From Moniliella sp. 'wahieum' (taxonomy: Eukaryota), in the NCBI GenBank assembly GCA_003971905.1, contig RSEE01000059.1:124001-188000 (forward strand): a DNA stretch of 64,000 nt, in the 5' to 3' direction. The translations under genes were made by a program, and so were the position numbers. Below, in pieces: positions 49,114-63,328 of the stretch. Position 1 is the first letter of the stretch. The number at the start of each line of letters is the position of its first letter. The notes below the pieces were generated by a model. That model was not told the origin of the DNA. It ran no database searches and saw only the letters and a program-made list of their open reading frames with translations.

Positions 49114-51351
49114 GGCGATGGGGGAATGCAACAGCTGTGGGAGACGGGTGGTATGGTGACATGCGAGGGAGGAGGTGTGGGCGCACTTAAGTATATAGAC
49201 GCTGGTCCGCACGCAACATGGGGAGGCGACGAGGCATCATTCGCGTCTGCTGGAGCAGGCTCGCGCTGGGGAAACAGGGCGCACAGGCCACGAGAGAAGC
49301 CAGGTGCGCACTGCCCCAGTGCAACTCGGCTGTCAGGATGCAGGATGCAAATTGAAGTCATCGTGTCCTGCGAGTGGCGGCCGGTGACTGGTGACTGCCT
49401 TCCTTAGGCAGCGCCCACCGTCAGATCTCAGAATCAAACCGAGAGGCAGCGGTTGCCTGCCCCCGCAGCGGCCCCACCACACCACCATCGAACACCAGCC
49501 GATCCCGCGGGGCATGCTGCCTCAGCTGAGGTTGGAGACCATGAGCCTCATGCCACTCTCCCGACGTCCACATCAGACCCTCCCCAGCTGGCGCTTCGCT
49601 TTTGCGAAATCTCGTCCTATACAGCGCTGCTCTTCTCAGCTCTCAGTTCTCAGCTTTCTCTCAGTGCTCAGGCAGCTCAGTCTGAGTGCTGAACTCGGTA
49701 CTTGTCGAAACTTGTTCCTCAGTACCAGCTCGCCAGCTCAGCCAACCCAGCCAGGCCAAATCAGAGAAGCTCACGCCAGATCTCGCCCACCGTACAGTTT
49801 GCCTATCGCAAAGGGCGTTAGTCTTCTCCTCCACTAAACACCCAACAGTTTCGTTTCTTGCATCATTAAGCCTATCCCCGGCCCTCCGCTGGATTGCTGC
49901 CATGCGATGATCATAACCACAGTCCTCTGTGGTCACCGTACTGGTCGGATCCGAGCTGTTGCACCAACTCTCGATAAGTCCATTGTTGCTCTCACGTCAT
50001 CTCTCTTCCTGAGCCTCAATAACGACGAGACTAATCAGATCTCGCCACCCATATGCGACAGCAATGTTTATATTGGAACTATAAGAAGGGAGATTAGAGG
50101 ACCACCGGGCTTACGGCCCGCGGCTTGCCTGTGCCACCTTTCCACCGTCCCACCGTCCCACCGTGTTCCATCATTGCCACCGTCCATCGTCGCCACCGTG
50201 AACTGTAATACGGTTACGAAAACGTCCTCTGTGTTATATATATAGTGGGATGAGATTAGTAACGGCGTGATGGGCAGTCGTGGATTGGATCAAGGATCAA
50301 GGGTCCTGAGGCCTGAGACCAGGTCAGGCTCTTCAGATTATTGCGATGCGTGGTGGTTGTATCGGCAGCAAGAAATGATGCTTCCACGGCTGGTAAAGTC
50401 TATATCTCCCGGCTTTTGGACGAATTCACGCCGCTGAAGTAGCACCGAGACCGGCTTGGACTGAGGGGACTCACCACTCGCCCTTCAGCGCGTCAGCCCC
50501 CAATTTCTCAACCCTCTGATGGTGCTCACAGCAACTCAGCTTCTTGTCCGTGATGGTGGGGCCAGCATCAACGTTCACTAAGCTTGCGGCCGGGTTCAGA
50601 ATGCCGAATGTGGTTTTTGGTCAATCTGGTTTGTTTTCCTGAGAAATACCAGGCCAATGCCTGTATCTGGCATCCCAGTCTGTTCATCCGGTGTACTGTA
50701 TATGTACGGCTTGGGCCCAGACCAAGAACTCTTCGTCTCATTCAGGGTAGATGAAAATGGTATGGACGTTGATGTCGCCACATACCCAACTAGGAGCAGG
50801 CCAAACAGCTTTTATTCATGTCAGTGTCTTGTTTGGCTCGGCTTGTGCGCTGGAGAGAGGGGAAGATTACTAGTATAATATATAACTGCTTTTTCGGCAC
50901 AAATTAAGATGTTGCTCGCTGGCATACACGCTATCCTATATATAAGAACTCGAGTGGTCTGGACTCCAGCCCCGCTGGGTACCATCATGGGCCACGGATT
51001 GGCCTGCGGCGACCATATTATAGAAGTCTCTCCTTGCCCGCCTTCCACAGGGGATCTTTCGCTTGCTGTTCGCCTCCATATCGCCTTGGACAGCCCCGTA
51101 CTGCAATGCGCCAGCAAAACCTGATGGGTGAGGTCACCCCCCGGCCACCTTGCAGTGGGTTTCATTTTGATCCGTTCCATCGATGCCATCTCTTTCGGCT
51201 GTGGTGGGCACCGGGGCTACTGTCTTTTTCGCCTGATCCAGTGGGGCTATGACAGTTATATATGTCGCCGTAAGAGTTGTGAGAGGAGGTTGTACCTTCC
51301 TCGACAGGCAAGGGGAATTCCATTTTGTCTCTCCCGGTCATCGATCATCGA

Positions 51352-54300
51352 TCACCTCCCCTCGTCCGCATCGGCCTCGGCATCGGCATCAGGTTCGGTG
51401 AGCAAGTGCCAAATTTGGTCCAGGTCCTGCGGGGCGACGACCAAGTCGAGCAAGCCGGCTGCCAAGTCGGCTGCGTCTTGCATCTGCGACTCGGTGCGTA
51501 CATCGCACAGCGGTGCTACCCACTCGGGATCGTCTGCAAATGCGATTCTACCCAGGGCAACAGTGAAGAGATGACGGGCGCCATTGAGGTGCAGCTGGTG
51601 GGAGTCCAGCGCGTCGCTCAGTGTCCGCTCTGCCTCGTCGCCAGATAAGAAGAGGTGGGAGAGGAGCAGGACGGCACTGTGTAGTCGCACCGCCAGACGA
51701 TTGAGCGAGACAGTGTCCATCGCGGCGGAAGGGTCGGACCAGAACGCATCGGCGTCCTGCACCAGGAGCGAGATGAGCGCAGCGAGCAACGAAGGCGTGG
51801 CCAGTAATTCGGTGCGGGCTGGGCCGGCCAAGACATGGAGCAAAGATAAGGTGCAGGTGATGGTATGGTTGCACCGCTGCTGCTCGGCCTCGGGGACATA
51901 GTCCAGCTGCATGCGGGCGGAAACGAGGTGATGCGAAAGCAAATCGACCATGGTGGACGCGGGGCCCACCCCGCTCGCTCCTCCCCCGGCCAAGCGGGGG
52001 ACTTGAACGCCGGGCGCAAAACGGGCCTGGACAACGAGCGGGACCATAGCTGGCGACGCTAGGACCAGAGCCAACGCCACCGCCACTCCACAAAGAGCTT
52101 GATCCGGCTCAAGTCGCGGGTGAAGTAAGTTGCACAGCAATCCCGGCGCCGACGCAATCGACTTGAGTGCCCATTCGCCCACACTTTGAAACCCAAGTGC
52201 TCCCGAGAATGACTCGATGAGCGCAACGAGCGCTGTGCGGATCGCTCCTCGACGTCAGGTGCTAGGGGCACGGGGCCCTCCATGGCCTCTCGGAGTGTTT
52301 GTCTCTCTTTGGTTCGGGTGCGCTCGTGCACCTTGCGCTGCGCCTCTTGTACGTCCATCAGCGAAGCGTGGGGACCATGCAGCTCTGGCAAGGGGGGAAA
52401 GCGTGCGTAGAGGTCGAGCCAGGTATCGATCCCAATACCCTGAGGATCCCAGTGACGCAGTACGGGAGGCAGGTCTTGGGACAACAGCATCGCCGCATCC
52501 GACAAGAGTTCCGCCACCGAAGAGGGCAAAGGGAGCGAGATGGGGTGGGTGTGGTCGTGTTTGCCAGAGGCCGGGATCCTTCCAGCGCACCATCCTCCCC
52601 CTCGGTGGGCGCGTCTGTGGGTCGCTCGGTTCGTGACAACGGATCCACTCGCAGCTGTCCTTCGCCCTCACCTCCCTCGCCGGTCGGGGTAGGCGTGACG
52701 AACGCACGGGCAAATTCGGGATAGAGCGAGGCGGTGGCCGCACACAACCTCAGCGTATCCGCAAACGCATCGAGCATGCCCAGACGCAAAGTCAAGCCTG
52801 CGAATGCGCTAAGCGCTCGAGCAAGGCAAGTAAGCGCCACCCGTGCCTCGGCCAGCACGTTCCGATTCGATGCCCAAAACGCATCGTTCACTACATCGCC
52901 CTCTGTCCCGTCCACGCGCTCTAGCACGTCGGCAACTAGGTCAGGCGGGACCGTCGGGGTGGCCTTTGGGAAGGTGAAGTGAACTTTTGCTGTGGCCTTG
53001 GCAGCGTCCGCCGCGGCCATAGTCAAGGCTGCAGGAACCGAGAGAGGCAAAACGAGTGCTCGCAAAATCCGAGCGGAGAGAATGGCATGTAACTTAACTG
53101 CACTCGTGTCAATTCCCGGGGGCAAGGGGGGTACCTAGCATGCGGACCAAGGTTGCCCCGTTCGGGTTAAGGTGATTGTCCAAACTGAACCTGGGCGCAC
53201 CAGGCAGTATTGGCGGATCGGACGGGCCGAGAGAAGGGAAGAGGTAGACACAGGGGCAGGCAGCAGCTCCGCCACGTCCCGGTGGGCCATGGTGATTGGC
53301 ACCCTTTCAGGCGAAGGGGCTGGTGTTGACTGATGGACAACACAAAGGCACAAACACTACTCCGGACCCGCACAGCCTCTTGAACTGCCCAGAGACGCGT
53401 AGCCTGGGTAACCAACAAAATGTTGGCCGCTCGGCTGGCGGTGGTGTCTTCCCTTTCCGCTCCGGCTGTTTTGGCATGACCCACAGAAGAGAGAGCGGGC
53501 AACGGGGGCATATCGGGAAGATCATTGTTGTCAAATAGGGCCCCTTGAGATGAAGACAAGGCGGGCGGCGATCGACGCTGTTGGGATCGGTGGACAGTTG
53601 CCCTGGTGGGTGTTTTATCGGGAGACACATCATGTCGGTTCCGTTGGCACGAGGACTGGCCGCTGGAGCCTCACGCGCAAGACGTAAAGGTGTCGTATGT
53701 GGGAGTGGGTTTGGTGGTGGCCCTGGTCCTGGAACGGATTTCTTCCTTCTGGCATTGGAGCCGAATGCTCGGTCCAACCCAGCAAGCTGGGAAACGAATC
53801 GTCCTCTTCCGCGTTCGGGCCGGCAGGACGGAAAGGGGGGTATGGTGTAGACATTGCGGGTGCTCCCGGAATAGATCCCGTGGCCGAGCAGGAGTGACGA
53901 GGCCTTGGGTGTCAGGTTGGGACCCCAGCGCGGGAGCTGGGGTAGGAACGTCGCGCATCGCCCGTTCCAACGCGCTGAATTGCTCGACCGTCCGCATCCG
54001 TTCGAGAGCATCAGCATGCTCTTTCCGCGCCTGCATCAGAGCACGGGTATGCTCGTCGGCCGTTTCGGATAACTTGTCCTTCAGTGCTTTGTTCTCCTCG
54101 GCTAACCGACGGGTTTGCTGTTGCAGGTCCAAAAGCTTACCCCTCGTCTTGTACTCCTCGTTTTTGCGCATGCGCTCCACCGCTTCCTCGGCTGCTCGCT
54201 TGGCCACCTTGGCAACGGAGCGCTCTGCAGCCCGAACACGAGCCATTGCAATATCGAGCGCGCTTTGAAGTCTGCGCTGCTCGGATATGGAACGAGTGTC

Positions 54301-55159
54301 GGAGGTGCGTTGTGGGGAAGGATGTGGCCCGGTCCGGGGGAGAGCGGGGGATGCGGTCCGGTCACGCTCGGACCGGGACGAGAGAGAACAGTGGGGCGTT
54401 CAGAGGGATTGGATAGACCTACCGATCTTGCTGCGGGAGGGGAGGAAGTGCGGCCACGCGATCGTTGGCTTGCCATAGCATGTGCCTCCACCATGACGCG
54501 GTCCAGCGCATCCGAGTCGGACCAGAACGGGTCATCGTCATTGTCCAAATCTTCGACGCGAGGCAGGCCTGGAAGCGCCGCAGGCCCCTTGCGTGCACTA
54601 CTCGTGCTGCATCGTTTTGTGGACGTGGACGTGGACGTGGTCGAGGCGAGCGGGGAGGATTGGCATCTTGGGGTGGAACAGAGAGAGCGGAGCGGGGTCG
54701 AGAGGTGGACGCGGAAGTTCGAGGGAGTCCGGGTGGGTGCGACTGAGTTGGCTCGGACGGGGCGCGAACAGGCGGATTCGCTGCATACCTGCCGTCAATC
54801 ATGAGCGTGATTTCGGGCAGATCCTCATCGTCGCTGATCGTTTGAGGGGGGACAGACAGACGAGGCCGTTTGCGAGGGGGCGCTGGACCGGGGCGGTCGG
54901 AGGCGGGCCGGATGTGGCGCGCTATTGGGGGACGAGCGGCAGGTGCTGCAGAACGGGGGAGAATGTGGCCCTGCGCGGGAGGGAGAGGATGAGGAGGGGG
55001 CAGCGCGGGGGGGCGTGAGGCGGAGGAGCAGGTGCGGGAGGAGAAGGAGGCGCGGGAGGAGTTGGCATAGGCGCTTTCCGTTTCGCGCAGGGCATCGTCG
55101 AGCAGATGGGGGTCAATTTGGTCGAACTCGTCGTCGAACTCGTCGTCGGTCGAGGGCAT
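51352..55159 (-). CDS. Rad26/ATRIP(Ddc2)-like DNA-damage checkpoint protein (joined across frameshifts)
   Basis: Acidic N-terminus (DDEFDDEF), central coiled coil ending LERMRTVEQF, helical-repeat C-terminus ending FTVALGRIAFAD...LAAGLLDLVVAPQDLDQIW. This architecture resembles fungal Rad26-like proteins. Confidence 0.65.
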
Positions 55160-55519
55160 TACGGTCGCTCAGCCCACGGCGCTCCCAGCGGCCCATGCAT
55201 ACACTCGTGTGCACGATGGAGGTGGTGGGGGCAGTGCGTGCGGGCGCCGGGCACGCTCATTTACCGCGTGCATTACATAAGTCCTCGCCCATCTTCGCTC
55301 GGTTGCCTCCACGGCTCCACAGGCTGCAACTATGTCCTGGTGCACGTGATCCCGCAGCGTCCATCCATCTATGGCACACACGCCCCAATCAAAATCAATC
55401 CAAGCTCCACCGCGTTTCTCTTCATATCCAACAGCAGGCGCCACAGGGCACGCGAGCATGGGAGGCGATGCGGGTAACGGAAGAGGAGGGGAGCTGATGC
55501 ATTATGCCTGTGCCTATGC

Positions 55520-58037
55520 CTATGCCTGGCCGGCCTGGGCCGCCATCAAGTTCAGTGCCGAGCCCGCCTTGAACCAGCCAATTTGGCCCTCGTTGTACGT
55601 GTGGGCCAGGGGGATCTTGTCCTCCGACCCGTCCTCGTGGTGCGCGACCAAGGTGATCGTCGAGCCCGGTGCCATCTCCGTCACGCCCTCGAGGTCAACC
55701 AGGTCGGTGGGCTTGATCTTGTCATAGTCCTTGGGGTCCTTAAACGTAAGCGCGAGCATGCCCTGCTTCTTGAGGTTGGTCTCGTGGATCCGGGCAAAGG
55801 AGCGCGTGATGATCGCCCGGCCGCCGAGGTAGCGCGGCTCCAAAGCAGCATGCTCACGCGACGAGCCCTCACCGTAGTTCTCATCACCAATCACAACCCA
55901 CGGCTTGCCGTGCTCGCGGTAGTAGATGGCCGTCGCCGGCACAGCCCCCCACTCGCCGGTAACTTGTTCTGCACCTCGTTGGCCTTACCGTTGGCCTCGT
56001 TGATGGCGCCAATGAGGCAGTTGTTCGAGATGTTCTGCAAGTGGCCACGGTACTTGAGCCAGGGACCACCAGCGGAAATGTGGTCAGTGGTGCACTTGCC
56101 CTTGGCCTTGATCAGAATGGGCAGACCCGCAGGGTTCTTGCCGTCCCACTTGGCAAACGGCGCCAGCTTCTGCAAACGGTCCGACTCGGGGCTGATCGCC
56201 ACGTTGATCGAGGTGCCGTCGGCGGGAGGAGCCTGGTAGGTGTTCTCACCAGGGTCGTAGCCCTTGGCCGGAAGCTCAATGCCCTTGGGCTCAGAGAACT
56301 TGAACTCCTTGCCGTCCGCCCTTGAGCGAGTCGGTCAGGGGGTTGAAGGTGAGGCGGCCAGCAAAGGCCATGGCCGTGACCATGTCGGGCGAGGCCACAA
56401 ATGCGTGCGTGGCAGGGTTGGCATCGTTACGGCCGGTAAAGTTACGGTTGTACGAGGTGATGATCGAGTTCTTCTCGCCCTTGGCAACGTCCTTGCGGTC
56501 CCATTGGCCAATGCAAGGGCCACATGCGTTGGCAAGCACAACACCACCCGCCTTCTCCAGCGTCTCCATCTGGCCATCACGCTCAATCGTAGCGCGGATC
56601 TGCTCCGAGCCGGGCGTGACAGTGTAGCCCGAAGCCGTCTTGAGGCCATGAGATTCAGCCTCAGCAGCAATGTACGCGGCACGGCTCATGTCCTCGTACG
56701 ACGAGTTGGTGCACGAGCCAATGAGCGCCACCTTGAGCTCCTCTGGCCAGTCGTTCTTCTTGACCGCCTCAGCAAACTTGGAGATGGGGGGGCAAGGTCA
56801 GGGGTGAAGGGGCCGTTGATGTGCGGCTCGAGGTTGTCGAGGTCGATGGTGATGTGCTTGTCGTACGAGGCGTCGGCATCGGGAAGGAGGTACTTTTGGA
56901 ACTTGGTCGCGTACTCTGCAATGCCACCACGCTTGGTCGCCTTGAGGTAAGCCTCGGTGCGCTCATTGTAAGGGAAGAGCGAGGTGGTAGCACCAATTTC
57001 AGCCCCCATGTTGCAGATGGTGGCCATCCCGGTCGCAGAGAGCGAGGAGACACCGGTGCCCTTGTACTCAATGATCGCGCCCGTGCCACCCTTGACGGTA
57101 AGCTCCCCAGCAACCTTGAGGATGACGTCCTTGGGCGCCGTCCAGCCCGAGAGCTTGCCCTTCAGTTCCACCCCGACCACCTTGGGGCACTTGAGCTCCC
57201 AAGGCAGGTTGGCCATCACGTCCACCGCGTCCGCTCCACCCACACCACAGGCAATCATGTTGAGACCGCCGGCGTTGGGCGTGTGGGAGTCAGTACCAAT
57301 CATCAGACCCCCGGGGAAGGCGTAGTTTTCGAGAATGATCTGGTGGATGATACCCGAGCCAGGCTTCCAAAAGCCAATGCCGTACTTGGCGGTGCAGGTG
57401 GCAAGGAAGTCGTAGACCTCCTTGTTGATCTGCTTGGCGCGGGCCAAGTCTGCTTCACCGCCGACTTGAGCCTGGATCAAATGGTCGCAGTGCACAGTGG
57501 TGGGGACAGCGTCTTTGGAGACCAGCCGACATGAACTGGAGAAGGGCCATTTGGGCAGTAGCGTCCTGGCAGGCAACGCGCTGCAGCACATACCAGACCG
57601 GTCAGTATGTGGGCATAGGAAGAGAGGGAAGGGACAAAAAAGAAAAGAAAAGAAAAGAGAGAGAGAAAATGAAAAAGGATAAAAGTACTCACGTCGGGAC
57701 GCAGCTTGAGGTAGGAGACACCACGCTCAATGTCCTGGTTGTGCGGGTCGTCCAAGTGGCCATAGAGGATCTTCTCAGACATGGTCAGGGGGCGGTTGAG
57801 GCGGTCCTTGACGACCTGGAGGTTGTCGTAGATGCGCTTGTAGTTGATAAAGTGGCCCTTGCCCACCTCGAGCGGGGACATCTCGACCTTGTCGTTGAAG
57901 ATGGCGGGGTCGACATCCGGGACCTGCTCGGCAACTGTGGCCGAGGCGTAGCTGCGGGTGGCACGGGGGAAGCGGGTGTGGGCCAAGGCGGCCGCGCCAC
58001 GGCGGACGGGCGGGCGGAGGAGCTGGGCGGCAAGCAT
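55520..58037 (-). CDS. ACO1: mitochondrial aconitate hydratase
   Basis: Presequence, [44 protein letters not shown] and [16 protein letters not shown]. Intron about 57585-57692. Confidence 0.98.
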
Positions 58038-58670
58038 GGGTCGACTCGCGGGCGAGGAGGGCGGGGGGGACGAGGGGCGGTGAAGAGCGGGACGCAGGAA
58101 GCCTCGGCTGCGGGAGGTGACGGGGGCGGCGCACAGGCGGGGTGGCGCGCTACTTTAGTGCGGGGGTGGAGACGCGGGCCGGACGGCCAGAGCGCCTCTG
58201 CCGGCGGCGGCGCTGGGCGGGCTTGGAGACGCGCAGGCCAGCGGTGGAGACCAACACCGCCGCCCACACTGGCGCGCTGCGGGCCCAGCCGACGCGAGGC
58301 GCGCTGACAAATGGCGGCGGCCGCAGCAGCGCCATCGCGCGGTGGGTGACACCCGGTGACGCGTCCCAGCGAAGCCCGCCGCCCGCTTGGGCCGGCGGCA
58401 GCAGCCACCAGCCACGCGCGGCGTAGGGCGGGCCTAATGCACACACTGGCCCCGCGCACCCGCACACATCACCTGTCCATCACACCCGTGGGACTGTCCC
58501 TGGCAGTCACACACGTGTGTTGCAATGTTCAAGCTGCCCGGCACCTGCTCCACACGGCAGCTGCTATACCAATACCCCGCCCTGCCTCACCCTGGCCACG
58601 GACCATGTGCCTTCTCCTCGATTGCAGCCGGGGTCGGACAAGGCGGCTGCGACGGCCACCGCACTGCGCC

Positions 58671-61600
58671 TCACAGCGACCGGTCCACCACCGAGTCCGA
58701 AGCATACTCCACCTCGTCATCGTCCACGCAAAAGCTGTCGTTCGTGTAGCGGTCCTGCGAGTCGTGCGGCGTCGCCGGCGAAGACACCATCCGCCGCGAG
58801 CACCGTCGCAGCGCCGGCGGCAGCCCGCGATCGTGCCTGCGCCCATCCACCCAGGGCACCCCGTCGGTTGTCAGCATCGCCAGCCCACCCACCCCCCCAT
58901 CACACAGCGCCAGCTCGGAGGGTCAGACATACAAGAGCGACTGGACATAGGCGGCGTGTTGGTTGTACCCTGCACCTGCGTCGGCTGAAAGTCTCCCACG
59001 TTGCTAAGGTCCCCAGCCTCCTCCTCCCTGCCTCGTCCTCCGACGCCTCGGGGCCCGACATGTCCGCCTCCACTTGGAACAAGGCGCGCGAGGTGGGTGA
59101 CGCACCAATCCTTTTTTTCCGCCGGGACATGGGCTTGGTCTTGGACTTGGCTTTGGCGTTGGTCTTGGTCTTGGTCTTGGCCTGCGAAGTGCGCCCAGCC
59201 TGCGCATGGGGCTGGGTCGCGTCACCAAGAGGCTTGGGTATCGGCGCAGGTCCACATCGAAAGCGAGACAACTTTGTTCGGGTCGTCTCAGGCGACGAGG
59301 AAGACACCAGGGTGACTTTCCTGCGAGGCACGACAATAGGCGACGAGTCCTCGTCCAAGATGGCGGGCGGGGGCGCTTGGGAACTCGTGGGCCCAACGAG
59401 TCGTCCGGATCCTTCGCATCTGAGCGGTTGTCCCCGCGAGGACTGACACAGAGAAGAGCAAGCGGCGAGAGCACTTCCGGCGCCTTGGGCTCTTGGTTGG
59501 TAGGTACAACAGCAGCAAGCACAGCGGCACGGGGAGGAGAGAGACGCGGGTATCCACTTCCTCAGCTGGGTCGCTGGCGGGAGCGAGGATCATAGGTGTG
59601 GCACGGGGGTTGGTAGTGGGCCGTCCCTTGGCCTCATCTTGCCCCGTCGGCACCGTCGGCGCAAGCGGTGGTGTGGGCATCACCTTGGCCTTCGCCTGCC
59701 CCTTGGTTTGGGGGGGCGCAGACGCGTGGACGTCCCGTCCGCGTCAAACGCAGCGGCAATGAGTGGATGATATAAAACTGGTAGTAGAAGTCGGGGTGCC
59801 ATGCACATACTCGGCCAAGTCGGTACCAAGCAAATTGTCGTCCAATTGGACCCCCTCCTGATGCACCGCGTGTAAAAGCGGCAAATCCGAGTTGCCATTC
59901 TTCGCGCGCCCTGCAGCCGAAACCCGCAGAGGCATCTCGTCCGAGTCGGTTAAATTGCCCCCGCTCGATCCGTAGTCAGGGTTACGGAGAAGAGATAGGG
60001 CGGTGGTGAAGGAGGGGGAAGCAATCTTTGGAGGCATGTGTTTCCGGGAACGTGGCGGGGCCGCGATCCCACCCAAGTCCACTGCCGCAAAGATATCATC
60101 GTCGTCGTCATCGAGCAGGTCATCCGGTTCAAGGAGTTGACGGGCCGAGACAGATTCCTGGCTGAGGAGAAACAGGGGCTCGCCGCGTGGAGGTTTTGGA
60201 GGGGAATGGAACGGCATTCTCGGCGAAGAAGGTACCCTCCCAGCCGCCCTAGCCGGAGAGCCCGAGGGCACAGAGGGAACATCATCCTTTCCTTGCACAC
60301 GGGCGTGCGCAGAGGACGGACGAGACGGTATTGGGGGTTTAGTTGGATAGGAGGTTGCTTTGCTGTTCCACAGTGGCTCATCGTCTGATTCGTCCGATTC
60401 GTCCGGCACGGAAGCAGCCTCGTCCCCGTCCTCTAAGGCATACAATCCCGCAAGAAGGGGATGGGCGGCCGAGCGCTGCACACCGACTGAATCAGGACGA
60501 ACAGATTGGTTTGGCTTGCGTCGTGGAATGGACCGGTCAGTACTAGGAACGGGAAGATGGCCATTTCTTTTGTATTGACCCGGGGGGCGGGGGGGGCAAT
60601 GGGCCCGCCCAAGCCCGCAGAGGTTCGTAGCCGGTTGACATTTGAATGGTGTTGGAGGGCCTTGTTTGGAGAGAGGGGCTACGATGGGAGAAGAGGTCCG
60701 ACATGAGTGGCAGCTCATCGTCCGAGCTGTCCTCCAACGCCCTCAGCGCCTTGGAGACGATGTTTTCGCCCGGGCCAGACGAGTTGTGAGCCGGAGGCGC
60801 CCCTGCGTTGAGCGGAAGATCGTCGTCCGACTCGGAAAGGAGAAACTTGGATCCCGCCAACTCACTTGCTTTGGAGAAGGAGCCATACAAGTCCAACTCG
60901 CCCTTGTTCTTCTTCTTTTTGTCCTTTTTGGTAGCTTGGGTCTTGCTCGTGTGCCGGCGCGGCCAACATCGATCATACCCGGCTCAAACGCGGGTTGGTC
61001 AACGGGCTGTTGACGACCGTAGGCTGGATGTGATCCGGGATCATGCGCGCCACATCGTCGTACAGCTCATATTGGCCCATGGTGATCGAACGAAGCACGC
61101 TCTCATGTTGCGACTTGGCTTGGTTCCACTTGCCTTCGTCCCGGCCGGGTGTGACCAAGACTACACTTTACCCTCCCGTTTGCGGCCTGTCCGACCAATT
61201 CGCTGCAGCATCCGTACTGGATCCGCCACCGAGTCGTAACATACGATCAGGTCCACCTCCCCAATATCCAGGCCCTCCTCGCCCACCGAAGTGGCGACAA
61301 GCACCTGGTACCCCCCCGCCTGAAAGGCGGCCATGGCCTTCTTTTGCTCCTTTTGCGCCATGCCGCGTGCTCCGTTGCGGTCGTTCTGTTGGCCAACAAA
61401 ACGACAGGCACTGATGCCACGCTGAGAGAGGCGCATGGTGATCTCCTCCACACATTCGCGCGAAGAACAAAAGACCATGGCACGGGACGAAGACGGGCCG
61501 TTGTCGTCCCTCTGGGCCTGGGCGATGGCATGCTGATTAAAGTGGTCTTCTAGAATGGTGTGCAAGAGCTGCAGTTTCGGATGGCGATACCCTTCTTCGG

Positions 61601-63328
61601 GGATCTTGAGTTGGTCCACCAAGGCCAGCATCGACGCCACGGCGGGATTGGTTTGACGAAACGGACCACCTCGTTTGTCTTCCTCACACAGGGCCAACAG
61701 ACGCTCGCGAAAGATCAGCGTCGAGGCATCCAGAAGGAAGGTGAGAGCATGCACTGCCGTGGCAGCCTTATTGATGGTGGTACGCAGATACGGCTGGGCA
61801 CGGAGAACGTTGCGGGATACCTCAGAGTTCTGCAGGGCCGGAGAGAATACGGGGTGATCATGTCGGCTCGCTGGTCCCGCGCAGCAACTGAAACCGGCGC
61901 AGGGAATTGAGATAGGCCTCGTCGACCAGTTTGCAAAACCGGTCTTTGATTTGGTTGATGATCGGGTCCGACATGACGGGAAGGATGATTCTTGTTTCCG
62001 GTGAACGTAGCGAAAGATATCGATCGCATCGGGCGTGCGGATCTCAATTGCGCTAATGTGAAGCTTGTTGATAATCTGCTGGACCACCTCGGGCGACTTG
62101 CCCGGGGTGGCGGAAAGAGCGAGGATGCGAAAAGAGGGGTTGAATTGCATGAGCATGGCGACAATCAGTGTAAGCGTAGTTCCCCGTCCCGCGGTGCGCT
62201 TCATCAATCACCAGGCACACCACTTCGTGCGGCTTGAGCAGTCCCAATTTCAGGTCGTTGGCAAGGGTTTTGCGGGTCATGTAGAAGATGCGCTTTTCCT
62301 GGTAGTCTGCCCTCCGCATTGTGCTCTTCGTCTCTCCGGTCAGCTCGACCGCTACATTCCACGGCAGGCCGCAGATACGATGGCAGGCCACTTGTTGCTG
62401 GGCTACCAGAGGCCGAGTTGGTGCGACAAAGACAATCTTGCCTTTGGGATACCAGCGGAAAAAGTTGAGCATCACGACAGCTGCAATGAATGTCTTGCCC
62501 AATCCAGTGGGGAGGGCAACGAGGACGTTACTGGGAGCCAGAGGGTCAGTCGAAACAACACCCAAAGTGGGGCATAAAGGTCCAGAAAAAAGAACTCACT
62601 TAAAGAGGGCCTTTTGAACAATGTTGAACTGGTAGTCGCGAACGGGCATGTTAGTAGGATACACCCAGGTCAGAGCCGCTTGACATCGACCGCGGGGGGC
62701 ACGAATTCCTGAGCGGAGTTGCCATCAAGGTAGTGGGAAAAGGAGGCGTCCGGAAGGTTGGAGTCGATATGCTCGACGATCCACGTACACTGGCCCAAAC
62801 AGACCAACATGGGCCAAGGGGTGGTTGGCCCGGCCCGCATCCCAGTCTTCCACCTCGTCTTCGGCTGGGGCACCCGGCGGGGGCATGGTCCGGCGGTTGC
62901 GCAATGGGCCCGAGGCAGCAGCAGCTTGAGACTTATCCCAGCGTTTCCCCGCTGCCTCTGGGTGGGGGATGTATTTTGGATGGAGAGAACGCCCTCGTGG
63001 CGTGGGTCGACGCGGTTGCCGTGCAGGTCCACCTGTCTGGAACTGCGCGTTGGGCATCGTTGGGTGTAGGGATGGTTCTGCGAGGGAGCGGAGCAGGCGA
63101 GGGGCGGGTCAGCTGGCGCTGATCGATGCCAGCCATGATGACGTTGAGATCGTCGTCGGTGCCAAATCATCGTCGCTGTCGACGAGGACGAGGGGAGTGG
63201 TGGTGGAAGAGGGGGCGGGGCGTGGGCGGGGCGGAGGTGGGGTTGGGGAAGTGGCTGCGCACGCAGATCCAGGTGGGCCATCAGCTCGTCGGCTGAGCCA
63301 AACTCGTCGTCGAGTGGGCGGTGGACAT
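58671..63328 (-). CDS. MPH1: Mph1/Fml1/FANCM-family DEAH DNA helicase
   Basis: WVYPTN..VRDYQFNIV, LPTGLGKT, APTRPLVAQQ, DEAHR.TGNYAY, ALSATPG, ATSVGEEGLDIGEVDL and QRIGRTGRKR; long disordered C-terminus. Confidence 0.95.

Noticed and set aside
50370..51250. Short ORFs between the enolase promoter and the Rad26-like gene
   Set aside because: No coherent frame or motif could be reconstructed.
55500..55530. Repeated TAG GCA TAG GCA after the aconitase stop
   Set aside because: A short hexamer repeat; readthrough would add only two residues, with no functional implication.
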